From contig JAXGZN010000001.1 in NCBI GenBank assembly GCA_040776945.1, positions 128,001-192,000 of the forward strand: a DNA stretch of 64,000 bases. The letters run 5' to 3'. The notes below the pieces were generated by a model. It was not told the origin of the DNA. It made no database searches and saw nothing but the letters and a program-made list of their open reading frames with translations. This document shows, piece after piece, positions 1 through 9,891 of this stretch; positions within the stretch are counted from its first letter, which is position 1, and each line of letters opens with the position of its first letter. The DNA comes from Methanomassiliicoccaceae archaeon (GTDB taxonomy: Archaea > Thermoplasmatota > Thermoplasmata > Methanomassiliicoccales > Methanomassiliicoccaceae). A program made the position numbers and the translations under genes.

Positions 1-389
1 CGGCCCTCGACGACGAGACCAAGAAGCTTCTGGCCCTCCGCGACGAGATGAGCCGTGACCGCATCGCCTTCCTAAGGCAGGAGTGGTTCCGCTTCCCCCG
101 TCTGGGCGAGAAGTGGAGAAGGCCGCGCGGCTTGCACAGCAAGATGCGCCGCCATATACAATACCGGCCCAACGTGGTCAGCATCGGCTACCGCGGACCG
201 GCCAAGGTACGCGGCCTGCACCCCTCTGGATTCCAGGAGGTCATGGTATGGAACCCCGACCAACTGGACAAGGTTGACCCCAAAGTGCAGGCGGTCAGGG
301 TCGGAGGCAGCGTGGGATTCAAGAAGAGGCAGGCCATCGAGCAAAGGGCCGATGAGCTGGGCATTCGTGTCCTCAACAGGACGGGATGA
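1..389 (+). CDS. rpl32e: 50S ribosomal protein eL32 (5' partial)
   Basis: FLRQEWFRFPRLGEKWRRPRGLHSKMR, GYRGP and RGLHPSG motifs; the frame is open to the window start. Confidence 0.95.
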   Translation, partial: ALDDETKKLLALRDEMSRDRIAFLRQEWFRFPRLGEKWRRPRGLHSKMRRHIQYRPNVVSIGYRGPAKVRGLHPSGFQEVMVWNPDQLDKVDPKVQAVRVGGSVGFKKRQAIEQRADELGIRVLNRTG

Positions 390-847
390 ATATGGACCTA
401 AAGAACCAGAGGCGTATGGCGGCCGAGATACTGGATTGCGGGGAGAACCGTGTCTGGATCGATCCCAACCGGGCCGAGGACCTTGCCGACGCCATCACAC
501 GGGCGGACATCCGAACCGCCATCGAGTCCGGCACCATCAAGGCGCTGCCCAAGGCCGGCATCTCGAAGGGGCGGACAAGGCACAACGCCGCCCAGCGCAG
601 GAAGGGCCGCCAGCGCGGCCCCGGGAGCAGGAAGGGCAGGGCCGGGGCCAGGAACCCCTCCAAGAGGGACTGGATCCAGACCATCAGGCCCATCCGTGCC
701 GAGCTGCGGGACCTCCGGGACACCGGTAAGATCTCCAAGAGCGTCTACCGCGAGTTCTACATGAAGGCCAAGGGAGGGGTGTTCAAGAGCCGGAACCACC
801 TGCTCACTCACCTCCGGACCGAGGGCCACCTGCAGGAGGCTAAGTAA
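386..847 (+). CDS. rpl19e: 50S ribosomal protein eL19
   Basis: QRRMAAEILDCGENRVWIDP and RGPGSRKG motifs; operon position. Confidence 0.97.
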   Translation: MNMDLKNQRRMAAEILDCGENRVWIDPNRAEDLADAITRADIRTAIESGTIKALPKAGISKGRTRHNAAQRRKGRQRGPGSRKGRAGARNPSKRDWIQTIRPIRAELRDLRDTGKISKSVYREFYMKAKGGVFKSRNHLLTHLRTEGHLQEAK

Positions 848-1348
848 ATGGCAGAAGGACCGAGATACAGGGTGAACTTCCGCAGGCGCAGGGAAGGAAG
901 GACCGATTACAGGCAGAGGCAGAGGCTGCTCAGAGGGCGGGTCCCCCGGGCGGTCGTGCGCCTCTCTCACAGGAACGCGAACGTACAGTTCATCACCTAC
1001 GACGAGAAGGGCGACAAGGTCGTCGCCGCCGCTACCTCCAAGGAGCTGACCAAGCTCGGATGGTCCGGCGCGACGGGGAACCTCCCCGCGGCCTACCTCA
1101 CCGGCTACCTAGCCGGCAAGAGGGCTTCCCAGAGCGGCGTGGAAGAGGCTGTGCTGGATATCGGCCTAAAGGGGCCGGCGAGAGGCTCGGCCGTCTTCGC
1201 AGCCCTGAAAGGCATGCTCGATGCGGGCATCTCCATCCCTCACGGCGAGGAAGTGCTCCCTGCCGGAGAGAGGATCAACGGCGCCCACATCGATGAGAAC
1301 ATGAGCAAGATGGTCGAAGAGGTCAAGAGCCGGCTGGAGGCGATGTAA
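848..1348 (+). CDS. rpl18: 50S ribosomal protein uL18
   Basis: [10 protein letters not shown] and [12 protein letters not shown] motifs. Confidence 0.97.
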   Translation: MAEGPRYRVNFRRRREGRTDYRQRQRLLRGRVPRAVVRLSHRNANVQFITYDEKGDKVVAAATSKELTKLGWSGATGNLPAAYLTGYLAGKRASQSGVEEAVLDIGLKGPARGSAVFAALKGMLDAGISIPHGEEVLPAGERINGAHIDENMSKMVEEVKSRLEAM

Positions 1349-1349
1349 G

Positions 1350-2045
1350 ATGGCAGAATGGAACCCGAAGACAAGACTGGGCAAGATGGTCCTGAGCGGT
1401 GAGATAACCACAATGAGCCAGGCCCTTGCCACCAAGCTCCCCCTTAGGGAGCCTGAGATCGTCGACATCCTGCTTCCCGAAATGAAGGACGAGGTCATCG
1501 ACCTCAACATGGTCCAGAGGATGACCGACTCCGGCCGCAGGGTCCGGTTCGCGGTCACCAGCTGCGTCGGAAACGGCGACGGCTTCGTAGGCCTTGGCAG
1601 GGCCAAGGGCAAGGAGGTCGGACCCACCATCCGCAAGGCCATTGACAACGCCAAGCTGAACATCATCGAGATCAAGCGCGGGTGCGGCTCTTGGGAATGT
1701 GGGTGTGGCACGGCCCACTCCATCCCCCTGGTCGTCGTCGGCAAGTCCGGGTCGGTCGAGGTCACCCTGAAGTCAGCGCCCCGAGGCATCGGGTTGGCGG
1801 TCGGCGATGTTGCCAAGACCATCCTTGGCCTCGCCGGCATAAGGGACGCCTGGGGGTTCGCCCGCGGGCATACCAAGACCACTGTCAACTATGCCTTGGC
1901 GACCTTTGATGCCCTCAAGAGGACGTCCGAGGTACGAGTGTCAGATGAGCAGGAGAAGCGGTTGAAGATCATCAGCGGACCTACCAGGGTCCATGTGGCC
2001 GGCGCGCCCATAGAGGGCGACGCCGACGCGCTCAGGGAAGCGTGA
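1350..2045 (+). CDS. rps5: 30S ribosomal protein uS5
   Basis: [18 protein letters not shown] and [11 protein letters not shown] motifs. Confidence 0.97.
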   Translation: MAEWNPKTRLGKMVLSGEITTMSQALATKLPLREPEIVDILLPEMKDEVIDLNMVQRMTDSGRRVRFAVTSCVGNGDGFVGLGRAKGKEVGPTIRKAIDNAKLNIIEIKRGCGSWECGCGTAHSIPLVVVGKSGSVEVTLKSAPRGIGLAVGDVAKTILGLAGIRDAWGFARGHTKTTVNYALATFDALKRTSEVRVSDEQEKRLKIISGPTRVHVAGAPIEGDADALREA

Positions 2046-2050
2046 TTAAA

Positions 2051-2515
2051 ATGGCATTCGCGGTCATCAGAGTTCGCGGACACATAAAGATAAACAAGGA
2101 CGTCGAGGACACGATGAGCATGCTCCGCCTCACCCGCGTCAACCACTGCGTGATCATCCCCCAGAACGATGTGATGAAGGGGATGCTGCAGAAGGCCAAG
2201 GACTTCATCACCTGGGGAGAGGTCTCCGAGGAGACCCTCGCTAGGATGATCAGGACCCGCGGCCGGCTCATGGGGGACAGGCCCATCGATGATGCCTATG
2301 TGGGAGCGAACTCCCAGTTCGGCTCCATCGATGAGTTCGCCAGGAGCGTGGTCAAGGACGAGACCAAGTACTCCGAGCTGAAGGATGTCAAGCCCCTGTT
2401 CAGGCTGCATCCCCCCATTCAGGGCTACGAGGCAGTGAAGAAGGACCTCAAGACCCACGGGTCACTGGGGTATAGGGGCGAAAAGATCAACGCCCTCATC
2501 GAGAAGATGCTGTGA
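2051..2515 (+). CDS. rpl30: 50S ribosomal protein uL30
   Basis: AVIRVRG, TMSMLRL, RLHPP and LGYRGEKIN motifs. Confidence 0.96.
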   Translation: MAFAVIRVRGHIKINKDVEDTMSMLRLTRVNHCVIIPQNDVMKGMLQKAKDFITWGEVSEETLARMIRTRGRLMGDRPIDDAYVGANSQFGSIDEFARSVVKDETKYSELKDVKPLFRLHPPIQGYEAVKKDLKTHGSLGYRGEKINALIEKML

Positions 2516-2525
2516 GGTGCTAGAC

Positions 2526-2951
2526 ATGCCAAGCAGGACCAATAAGTTCAGAGGAAGCCGCACCCACGGCCGCGGAAAGAAGAGCGGCAGGGGCGCCGGC
2601 AAGAGAGGAGGCACCGGCAATGCCGGCCTCCATAAGCACAAGACCATGAGCGTGCTCAAGTACGATCCGATGCACTTCGGCCGCCACGGCTTCAAGCGCC
2701 CGCAGAAGGTCGTTTCCGCCAAGATCACCCTTAACGTAGGGGACCTGGAGGAGCGCCTTGAGGAGTTCCAGAAGCAGGGCTTTGCTGTGAACGAGGACGG
2801 CAAAGTAAAAATCAACCTTGCCAATATGGGCGTCGACAAGCTCCTGGGTTTCGGGAAGATATCAAACCCCTTCGACGTGGTGGTCGCCGAGTCCTCGGTC
2901 CGGGCCAAAGAGAAGCTCGAGGCCGCTGGGGGCTCGGTAGCCCAACCTTAG
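2526..2951 (+). CDS. rpl15: 50S ribosomal protein uL15
   Basis: RGSRTHGRG, RGGTGNAG and FGRHGF motifs. Confidence 0.96.
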   Translation: MPSRTNKFRGSRTHGRGKKSGRGAGKRGGTGNAGLHKHKTMSVLKYDPMHFGRHGFKRPQKVVSAKITLNVGDLEERLEEFQKQGFAVNEDGKVKINLANMGVDKLLGFGKISNPFDVVVAESSVRAKEKLEAAGGSVAQP

Positions 2952-2981
2952 CCAGGCAGTACGCACTAATAGGGATGACTC

Positions 2982-4562
2982 ATGGCCGAGCTACAGAACA
3001 GCCGACTCTACAGGTTGAAGCCGCTCACGGATAGACTCCCATCGATCAAGCGACCGGAAGGGCATGTGCACTTCCGGACCAAGATCATGTGGGTCATCCT
3101 CATGCTGGTCTTCTACTTCGTAATGACCAACGTGTTCCTCTTTGGATTGGACCAGAGCAGGATCATCGACATCTTCGGTCCGTATCGGGCGATCCTTGCC
3201 GGCGCGCAGGGTTCGCTGATGCATCTGGGCATCGGCCCGATCGTCACCGCGTCGATCATCATGCAGCTGTTCGTCGGCGCGAAGATCATCAAGCTCGACC
3301 TTACCAACGACGAGGACAAGGCGGTGTACCAGGGGACCCAGAAGTTCCTGGTCATCATCATGATCCTCGTGGAGTCCATCCCTCAGGTGTTTGGCTACCT
3401 GGTCCCCTCCAATACCCTTATCACCGGCCTCAACGACATGACCGGAGCGGAGGGGGTGTTCAGCGGCGCCAACCTGGCGCGCATCATCATAATAGCGCAG
3501 CTGTTCGTCGGCTCTTACCTCGTCTTCCTCATGGACGAAGTGGTGTCCAAGTGGGGAATAGGAAGCGGGATCTCGCTGTTCATCGCCGCCGGCGTAGCGC
3601 AGGCCATATTCACCGGGACGGTCAACTGGTACCCGGTGGAAGGTGGCGTGGCGACCGTCGGCAATCCTCCGGCAGGCACCATCCCCAAGACCATATTCCT
3701 TCTCACCTCGATGTCCGCGAGCGAACTGGCAGGAGGAGGCTACGAACGGATATTGATACAAAATCCCAATCCAGTGGTAGCGCTCATCGGGACCATAGCG
3801 ATCTTTCTGTTCGTCTCATATATCGAATCGGCGAGGATCGAGCTCCCTCTGGCCCACGGGACCGCGAGGGGCGCCCGCGGACGGTATCCGATCAAGCTGC
3901 TGTACGCATCCAACATCCCGGTCATCCTTATGTCCGCGGTGCTGGCGAACGTCAGCATGTTCGCGTACCTCTTCTATACCAACGACTTCCTGTCTCAGGT
4001 GCCGATCCTGGGCGGCAACTCCCTGTTAGGCTACTATACTCCAGACTCTGGTACCTCCGCGGCCGGAGGACTGGCATGGTATCTTACCACGCCCAACGGT
4101 CTCGCTGGCTGGCTGCTCCCGCTGCTCAACCCCGAAGGATATTCACATGTGGTCTTCGGGCACGGCTCTCTGCAGATATTCATCCGAGTGGTGACGTTCT
4201 TCAGCGTCATGGTCCTCGGCTCGATACTGTTCGCCAAGTTCTGGATCATGACCACCAATATGGGCCCGGAAGCGGTGGCCAGGCAGATCGAGAACTCCGG
4301 GCTTCAGATACCTGGTTTCCGGCGCGATCCCCGGGTGCTCAAGCGCGTGCTAGAAAGATATATCCCAGTGGTGACAGTGATATCGGGGGCCATGGTAGGA
4401 GCGCTGGCGGCGGGAGCGGACCTCATCGGTACCGTGGGGAACGCCTCCGGTACCGGCGTGCTGCTGGCGGTCGGCATCCTTATCCAGTTCTATGAGGCGC
4501 TGGGCAGGGAACAGATGATGGAGATGCACCCCATGCTGAGAGGGTTCTTCGGAGGCGAGTGA
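2982..4562 (+). CDS. secY: preprotein translocase SecY
   Basis: LGIGPIVTASII, GIGSGISLFI, YPIKLLYASNIP and IPGFRRD motifs; about 10 TM segments. Confidence 0.98.
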   Translation: MAELQNSRLYRLKPLTDRLPSIKRPEGHVHFRTKIMWVILMLVFYFVMTNVFLFGLDQSRIIDIFGPYRAILAGAQGSLMHLGIGPIVTASIIMQLFVGAKIIKLDLTNDEDKAVYQGTQKFLVIIMILVESIPQVFGYLVPSNTLITGLNDMTGAEGVFSGANLARIIIIAQLFVGSYLVFLMDEVVSKWGIGSGISLFIAAGVAQAIFTGTVNWYPVEGGVATVGNPPAGTIPKTIFLLTSMSASELAGGGYERILIQNPNPVVALIGTIAIFLFVSYIESARIELPLAHGTARGARGRYPIKLLYASNIPVILMSAVLANVSMFAYLFYTNDFLSQVPILGGNSLLGYYTPDSGTSAAGGLAWYLTTPNGLAGWLLPLLNPEGYSHVVFGHGSLQIFIRVVTFFSVMVLGSILFAKFWIMTTNMGPEAVARQIENSGLQIPGFRRDPRVLKRVLERYIPVVTVISGAMVGALAAGADLIGTVGNASGTGVLLAVGILIQFYEALGREQMMEMHPMLRGFFGGE

Positions 4563-4565
4563 TAG

Positions 4566-5243
4566 ATGCAGAACGCCCCCGTCCCCGCAAGGCCGGCGCC
4601 TGACCCGAAGAAGCAGATGAACCAGTTCATCACCATCTTCATCTTCGTGTTCGCCATGTTCGTGCTCTTCGACCAGTCCCTGAGGACTTGGCTGGGCACC
4701 ATGGTCGGTTATGTACTAGAGCCTCTGGTGGGCCTTAACGGCAGCATGCCGGTGGTAACCCTGTTCCTCACAGGCATCATCATGACCTCGCTGTCCATCG
4801 TCCTCCGGCACTTCTTCACCGATTACGTCGGCCAGGCCGAGAGCCAGAAGATCGTCAGCGCGTTCAATAAGGAACTTCAGAAGGCCAGACTGGAGAACAA
4901 TAAATACAAGATCAAGAAGCTCACGGAGGAGCAGCCCAAGATCCTGCAGAAGTCGATGGACATGTCCACTGGTCAGATGAAGCTCATGCCCATCACCATG
5001 TTGGCGATCATCCCCATATTCGCGTGGCTGGCAGTATGGATAGGCAGCCTTGACCATGCGATGGCAGTGGTCAACGTGCCCTGGGCCGGCAACGTGAGCC
5101 TAGTGGCCTCCAACCTCTTGCCGAACTGGGTGCTCCTCTACTCCCTGATAAGCATACCCTTCGGTCAGATCCTCAGCCGGACCCTGCGCTACTTCGAGTT
5201 CAGGAATAGGTTGAGAGAGGTCGAGGGCCGGGCGGCGGCATGA
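4566..5243 (+). CDS. DUF106 / EMC3-TMCO1 (Oxa1 superfamily) membrane insertase
   Basis: TM segment, coiled coil, then further TM segments; conserved position after secY. Confidence 0.85.
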   Translation: MQNAPVPARPAPDPKKQMNQFITIFIFVFAMFVLFDQSLRTWLGTMVGYVLEPLVGLNGSMPVVTLFLTGIIMTSLSIVLRHFFTDYVGQAESQKIVSAFNKELQKARLENNKYKIKKLTEEQPKILQKSMDMSTGQMKLMPITMLAIIPIFAWLAVWIGSLDHAMAVVNVPWAGNVSLVASNLLPNWVLLYSLISIPFGQILSRTLRYFEFRNRLREVEGRAAA

Positions 5244-5776
5244 GGATCACCATCAGCGGCCCGCCGGGGTCAGGGAAGACCACTGTGTGCCGGCTGGTCG
5301 GCGAGAGACTGGGCCTGGAGGTGGTGATCTCCGGAGACATATTCAGGCAGCTGGCCCGAGAGGCCTCGCTGCCCCTGGCCAAGTTTGGCTCGATGTGCGA
5401 ACTGGACCCCGAAGTGGACCGCAGGCTCGATGAGCGCATGATCGAGATCGCCCGGTCCAGGGACGATATTCTGTTGGAAGGGCGGCTCACCGGCCATATG
5501 CTCGCGAGGAACGGCATACCGGCGCTGAAGGTCTGCATGATCGCTGACCTCGACGTCCGCGCTGCCCGGGTGGCGGGACGGGAGGGCGGCACCGCCGATC
5601 AGAGAAAGAGAGAGATTGTCGAGCGCGAGGAGTGCGAGGCCCGGCGGTACTGTTCCTATTACAACATAGATATCAAGGACCGGAACATCTACGACCTGGT
5701 GATAGATACCACTAGCAAGACCCCGGAGCAGGTGGCCGACCTCATCTGCGACGCGGCGGTGAGAGGCCATGGCTGA
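5240..5776 (+). CDS. cmk: cytidylate kinase (archaeal type)
   Basis: ITISGPPGSGKTT, EGRL and YDLVIDT motifs. Confidence 0.93.
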   Translation: MRITISGPPGSGKTTVCRLVGERLGLEVVISGDIFRQLAREASLPLAKFGSMCELDPEVDRRLDERMIEIARSRDDILLEGRLTGHMLARNGIPALKVCMIADLDVRAARVAGREGGTADQRKREIVEREECEARRYCSYYNIDIKDRNIYDLVIDTTSKTPEQVADLICDAAVRGHG

Positions 5777-6722
5777 GATGCTCGTCCGAGACAGAAGCCC
5801 CAAGGGAGTGGACGCCGGAAAGAGGCCGCAGGACAGGAGCATAGAGGAGCTCCTGGAGGCCGGCGTCATCATTATGGACAAGCCTATGGGGCCGACCTCG
5901 CACCAGGCGACGGCGTGGGTCCGCGATATCCTGCATATCGAGAAGATCGGGCACGGCGGCACGTTGGACCCCAAGGTCTCCGGGGTGCTGCCGATAGCCA
6001 CCGGGCGAGCGGTGCGCGCTCTGAACCTCGTCCTGCGCTCCGACAAGGAGTATGTCTGCTTGATGCGCCTCCACCGCGACCGCAAGGAGGAGCATATACG
6101 GCAGGTCATGAGCACCTTCACCGGGAGGATATACCAGACCCCGCCGGTCCGCTCCGCTGTGAAGCGCCAGATGCGCATACGGACGATCCATTCGCTCAAG
6201 GTCCTTGAGATCAGAGGCCGGGACGTGCTGTTCCGTGTGGACTGCGACGCCGGGACCTACATCCGGACGCTGTGCGTGGACATCGGTGACGCGCTGGGCG
6301 TGGGAGGGAGCATGGAGGACCTGCGGAGGACCCGGTCGGGCAACATGACCGAGGACCACGCGGTCTCGCTGCAGGACATCAAGGACGCGTACGTCGATTG
6401 GAAGGAGGGGGACGAGCGATGGCTGCGCTCGATGCTTCTCCCCATAGAGGCGCTCTTCGATCCGCTGCCCAAGATCATCATCAAGGACAGTGCCGTGGAC
6501 GCGGTATGCCACGGCGCGGACCTCGCTGCGGTCGGCGTGATAAAGGCCGACGCCGCCATCAAGAAGGATGCCGCTGTGACTATGTTCACCTCCAAGGGCG
6601 AGGCCGTGGCGGTCGGGACGGCATCCATGAGCGCGGAGGAAATGGTAAGGGCCAAGGAGGGCGTTGCCGCCTCCACCGACCGAGTGTACATGCCCGCCGG
6701 CACCTATCCCAAGATGTGGTAG
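5769..6722 (+). CDS. cbf5: H/ACA pseudouridine synthase Cbf5
   Basis: DKPMGPTSHQ; GHGGTLDPKVSGVL with catalytic Asp; PUA domain; ends YPKMW. Confidence 0.96.
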   Translation: MAEMLVRDRSPKGVDAGKRPQDRSIEELLEAGVIIMDKPMGPTSHQATAWVRDILHIEKIGHGGTLDPKVSGVLPIATGRAVRALNLVLRSDKEYVCLMRLHRDRKEEHIRQVMSTFTGRIYQTPPVRSAVKRQMRIRTIHSLKVLEIRGRDVLFRVDCDAGTYIRTLCVDIGDALGVGGSMEDLRRTRSGNMTEDHAVSLQDIKDAYVDWKEGDERWLRSMLLPIEALFDPLPKIIIKDSAVDAVCHGADLAAVGVIKADAAIKKDAAVTMFTSKGEAVAVGTASMSAEEMVRAKEGVAASTDRVYMPAGTYPKMW

Positions 6723-7099
6723 GCGGAGCGATGGTTCCCTCCCAGCCGGCGATCTTTCTGTACGGGCCCTATATCGGCGTACACCGCACTGCTGCCCCAG
6801 GCCTCTCGCCCTTACTTAGACCTCTTGGCAGAAGTCGGCCCCCTCCGGGCCCATTCCCTCTTCGACCGCCCCCTCCCCTCAAGCCCCAACGGGGTCCCGC
6901 CCAGGCAATGGTTAGGCCGCCAGGCGTTGATGCTTGTCCCGGTGCCCGGGACGTTCGCGCCGCTCATCGCTGGACCGGGGAAAGGGCTGAAGCGGGGTGG
7001 CCGCCAAGGCCCATAGTGGAACGAGGCCACGGGCCCGGACCCTGAGATGCATGGACCATGAGGGTGGAAAATGCCTTCCAGCGGCACAATGTCCTTTCA

Positions 7100-7171
7100 T
7101 GTTAGAAATTCATAACAAGGCTTAAATACCAATGTGATATATTCCTAACATAAGGTTAGAATTGAATAACA
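7100..7171 (+). promoter_or_regulatory. three TGTTA-N8-TAACA-like inverted repeats flanking a TATA-like box
   Basis: 7100-7117 TGTTAgaaattcaTAACA, 7133-7150 TGTGAtatattccTAACA and 7154-7171 GGTTAgaattgaaTAACA; CTTAAATA at 7121-7128. Confidence 0.7.
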
Positions 7172-7182
7172 TAGGTGAGAGC

Positions 7183-7626
7183 ATGGCTCAGAACATGATA
7201 ATGGACGAAAAGGAGCAGAAGAACAGCAAGAGCATCGGAATGGTGCGCGCCAGGGCAATCAGCGTTTACCTCGGCGGCGCGCTGCTGATCGCCTGCGCGG
7301 TGCTCATGATGCTCGGGGACACCCTGGGTGACATACTGTGGTTTGAGGTCCTGCTCGGCCTCAGCCTGTTCATGGGCGGGATGTCCGAGTTCCTGGGGTT
7401 AAGAAAGCCGTTGAAGGACGAGCGAGCCGCCCGCATCGGCACGCTGGCGACGACCTACTCGTGGTACACCGTACTGCTGCTGGTGGCCACCATTGTCATG
7501 ATCTTCGGGTTCGGGGGCGGGCACAAGGTCAGCATGGAACAGGCCGTGGGAGCGATCTTGATCACCATGGTGGTGTCGTCCCTGAGCTTCAACTGGTACC
7601 TGGGCCGGAAAGGAGACGTGGAATGA
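7183..7626 (+). CDS. DUF2178-like membrane protein
   Basis: 4 TM segments and a KDER..RI motif; coupled to an XRE gene. Confidence 0.7.
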   Translation: MAQNMIMDEKEQKNSKSIGMVRARAISVYLGGALLIACAVLMMLGDTLGDILWFEVLLGLSLFMGGMSEFLGLRKPLKDERAARIGTLATTYSWYTVLLLVATIVMIFGFGGGHKVSMEQAVGAILITMVVSSLSFNWYLGRKGDVE

Positions 7627-7835
7627 GGACCGCCATCAAGGAGCATAGGGCCCGCGTTAACCTGACGCAGGAGCAACTGGCCGAGAAGGTCGGGGTAAGG
7701 CGGGAGACCATAGTCTTCCTGGAGAAGGGCAAGTACAACCCCTCGCTGCGCCTCGCCCATGACGTGGCATCTGCCCTAGGCGTCAGGATCGACGATCTCT
7801 TCTTCTTCGACGACGAGGCAGGGAAGCAGGAGTGA
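7623..7835 (+). CDS. XRE-family HTH transcriptional regulator
   Basis: [32 protein letters not shown]; ATGA overlap with the upstream gene. Confidence 0.93.
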   Translation: MRTAIKEHRARVNLTQEQLAEKVGVRRETIVFLEKGKYNPSLRLAHDVASALGVRIDDLFFFDDEAGKQE

Positions 7836-7867
7836 ACTTAATCTAGATGCCCGGGGTTCGGGGAGGC

Positions 7868-8377
7868 ATGGCCGTGGATGGTCTGAGCATAGTCAAGGTG
7901 GACGGCAGCAATGTCGACCAGTACGTGGAACTCATAAAAGCGCTGGCGGACTTCGAGGCCCTGGACCCTCCGGACGAGGCTGGCCGGACGAGGCTCATCA
8001 GGGACGTGACCTCCGACCCGCCCATGTTCCACGCTTACCTCGCCATGGTGGACGGCGTTCCCGCCGGTTACCTGGCCTTCTACTTTACCTATTCGACCTT
8101 CCTCGCGCGGCCTACGCTGTTCCTGGAGGATATCTTCATCCTTGAGAAATATCGGAAGAGGGGCATAGGCCGTGAGCTTTTCCGGTTCTGCGTCCGGGAG
8201 GCCAAGCGCCGGGAATGCGGCCGCATGGAGTGGACCGCTCTTGACTGGAACTCGCCAGCCCACCGCTTCTATGAAGGCATGGGCGCGAGGAGGATGGACT
8301 GGTACTTGTTCCGCCTCACCGCTGATGATTTCAGCAAGGCGCTGAACGGCGGGGCGAGGGATGCCTCTTCGCAGTGA
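7868..8377 (+). CDS. GNAT N-acetyltransferase (SSAT-like)
   Basis: YSTF..RPTLFLEDIFI, YRKRGIG and WN.PA.RFYE motifs. Confidence 0.9.
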   Translation: MAVDGLSIVKVDGSNVDQYVELIKALADFEALDPPDEAGRTRLIRDVTSDPPMFHAYLAMVDGVPAGYLAFYFTYSTFLARPTLFLEDIFILEKYRKRGIGRELFRFCVREAKRRECGRMEWTALDWNSPAHRFYEGMGARRMDWYLFRLTADDFSKALNGGARDASSQ

Positions 8378-8668
8378 TCAATGCCTTTCGTACCTCGACT
8401 CGTCCATCCGCCGCTTGAGCACCTCGTCCTCGTTCATGGGGACGCTCTCCTCACCGCCGGTGGCGGCACTGCCCCTCCCATCATCCGGGGCGTCGCCCCA
8501 GATGAACAACGGCGTCATCTTCCCGCACACGCCGCAGCGCCTTATCCTGACGACAAGGAGGTTCAACCCGAACATTCCGGGGACGAACAGCTCCCCGCAT
8601 CGCCTGCAGCGCCTTATGTCCGCCATGAATATTGAACGGGAACGCAGTTCATAATCCTTACCTGTCAT
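8378..8668 (-). CDS. small zinc-ribbon protein
   Basis: CRRC and CGVC pairs. Confidence 0.55.
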   Translation of the reverse strand: MTGKDYELRSRSIFMADIRRCRRCGELFVPGMFGLNLLVVRIRRCGVCGKMTPLFIWGDAPDDGRGSAATGGEESVPMNEDEVLKRRMDESRYERH

Positions 8669-8708
8669 GGAGGCTTGTCTGCCTCCGAGGGGTGCGTATG
8701 GTCCGGGA

Positions 8709-9689
8709 CTAGAATTCAAGAAGAGATCGCTGGCCCTTGAGCAACGGCCGGGCCTCGATGCCCAGCCTGGCCTTGATCTCGTAGGCGAGGGAGTCCGCGA
8801 ACCCGTGGTGGGTGATGACCATCTCCGGCTCGCACGCTTTGACGAAGGACATCAGATCGTTGAAGTCGGCGTGATCGGAGAACGGGAACGCCTCGTCCAC
8901 GCCCAGGCGGGCCTTGTACCCGCTGTCGATGGCCCATCCGGACACCGCCAGCCGCTTGGTGTTCCTCTTCCGCAGGACCTGAGCGTTCTCCGTCCGGTTC
9001 AGCCACGGCGAGCAGATGACCACGAACGCGTCGTCGGGACCGTCCCCATCCCACAGCCGGCACTCCAGCGGGTCCTCATCACTGCGCACCAGGGAGGTGG
9101 CGTTGAACACCGAACGGTCCGCGAACGGCTGGAACTCGCTGAGGACCCGGAGCATGTCCTGGGACTTGCCGAAGGGGTAGGCGTACAGCGATACCGGACG
9201 TCCCTGGGCGAGATTGTCCTCGACCTCGTCCCGGACCAGCGAGGCGATGAGGTCGCTGGGCGGGAACACGTAGCGCGGCTTCCCGTACGTGGACTCGATG
9301 ATCAGCACGTCCGTCCTCACCGGACGAGCGCCGAGGTTCCCGCAGCGGTCCCTGGTGCACAGGTCCCCGGTGTATAGCACCTGGCGGCCATTGACCTCGA
9401 CCTGGAACATGCGGGACCCGGCCATGTGCCCGGCGTCGAACATCTCGATGCCGTCGGCCGGGGCGGCGGCCACCTGCTTCTTGCTCCGATCGTTCAGGCA
9501 GCGCAGGGTGGTCTCCGAGGCCACTACCTTGGAACCGGCGGCCACGCGCTTGGGCAGGTGGTCCGAATGAGCGTGGGAGATGCAGAAGGTGCCGCAGGCC
9601 TCGATGACGTCAGCGTCAAAATGATACTCCTCGCTACCCAGGACCTCTACGCCATTCCCCAGGCGTATGGTCAGCGCTCTCCCCGGCAT
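8709..9689 (-). CDS. MBL-fold beta-CASP nuclease with C-terminal PIP-box
   Basis: SHAHSDH, AGHMAGS, YTGD, IESTYG, FSDHAD and THHG motifs; ends QRSLLEF. Confidence 0.88.
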   Translation of the reverse strand: MPGRALTIRLGNGVEVLGSEEYHFDADVIEACGTFCISHAHSDHLPKRVAAGSKVVASETTLRCLNDRSKKQVAAAPADGIEMFDAGHMAGSRMFQVEVNGRQVLYTGDLCTRDRCGNLGARPVRTDVLIIESTYGKPRYVFPPSDLIASLVRDEVEDNLAQGRPVSLYAYPFGKSQDMLRVLSEFQPFADRSVFNATSLVRSDEDPLECRLWDGDGPDDAFVVICSPWLNRTENAQVLRKRNTKRLAVSGWAIDSGYKARLGVDEAFPFSDHADFNDLMSFVKACEPEMVITHHGFADSLAYEIKARLGIEARPLLKGQRSLLEF

Positions 9690-9891
9690 CCCGGTTTCGA
9701 TGCTGGATAGAGTAGTTAAAGGTATCTACACGGCCTAAGCGGCCGGCGAAAGGTGCCTTCCGCGTAGAGGCCACTAGGGCTCAGAAAAAGATGTGCTTGG
9801 CCGGGGACGACGGTAACCCTGGCTCGGACCCGCTCATCCGACGGGGTCGCTCAATCGGCCCTTTGACAAGGCTTCCGGCGAACGCGGCGAT

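Noticed and set aside
3089-4495. Long alternative-frame and antisense ORFs (for example 3089-4495, 14407-15531, 16545-17567, 62259-63719)
   Set aside because: They are shadow ORFs over well-supported genes, with Arg/Pro/Gly-rich composition typical of high-GC DNA.
4562-5776. Absence of adk, rpl34e and rpl14e between secY and cbf5
   Set aside because: Consistent with known reductions of this operon in Thermoplasmatota and other Euryarchaeota; not novel.
6723-7099. SRP RNA or RNase P RNA
   Set aside because: The SRP helix-8 motif and the RNase P GAGGAAAGUCC motif were not found on either strand by eye.
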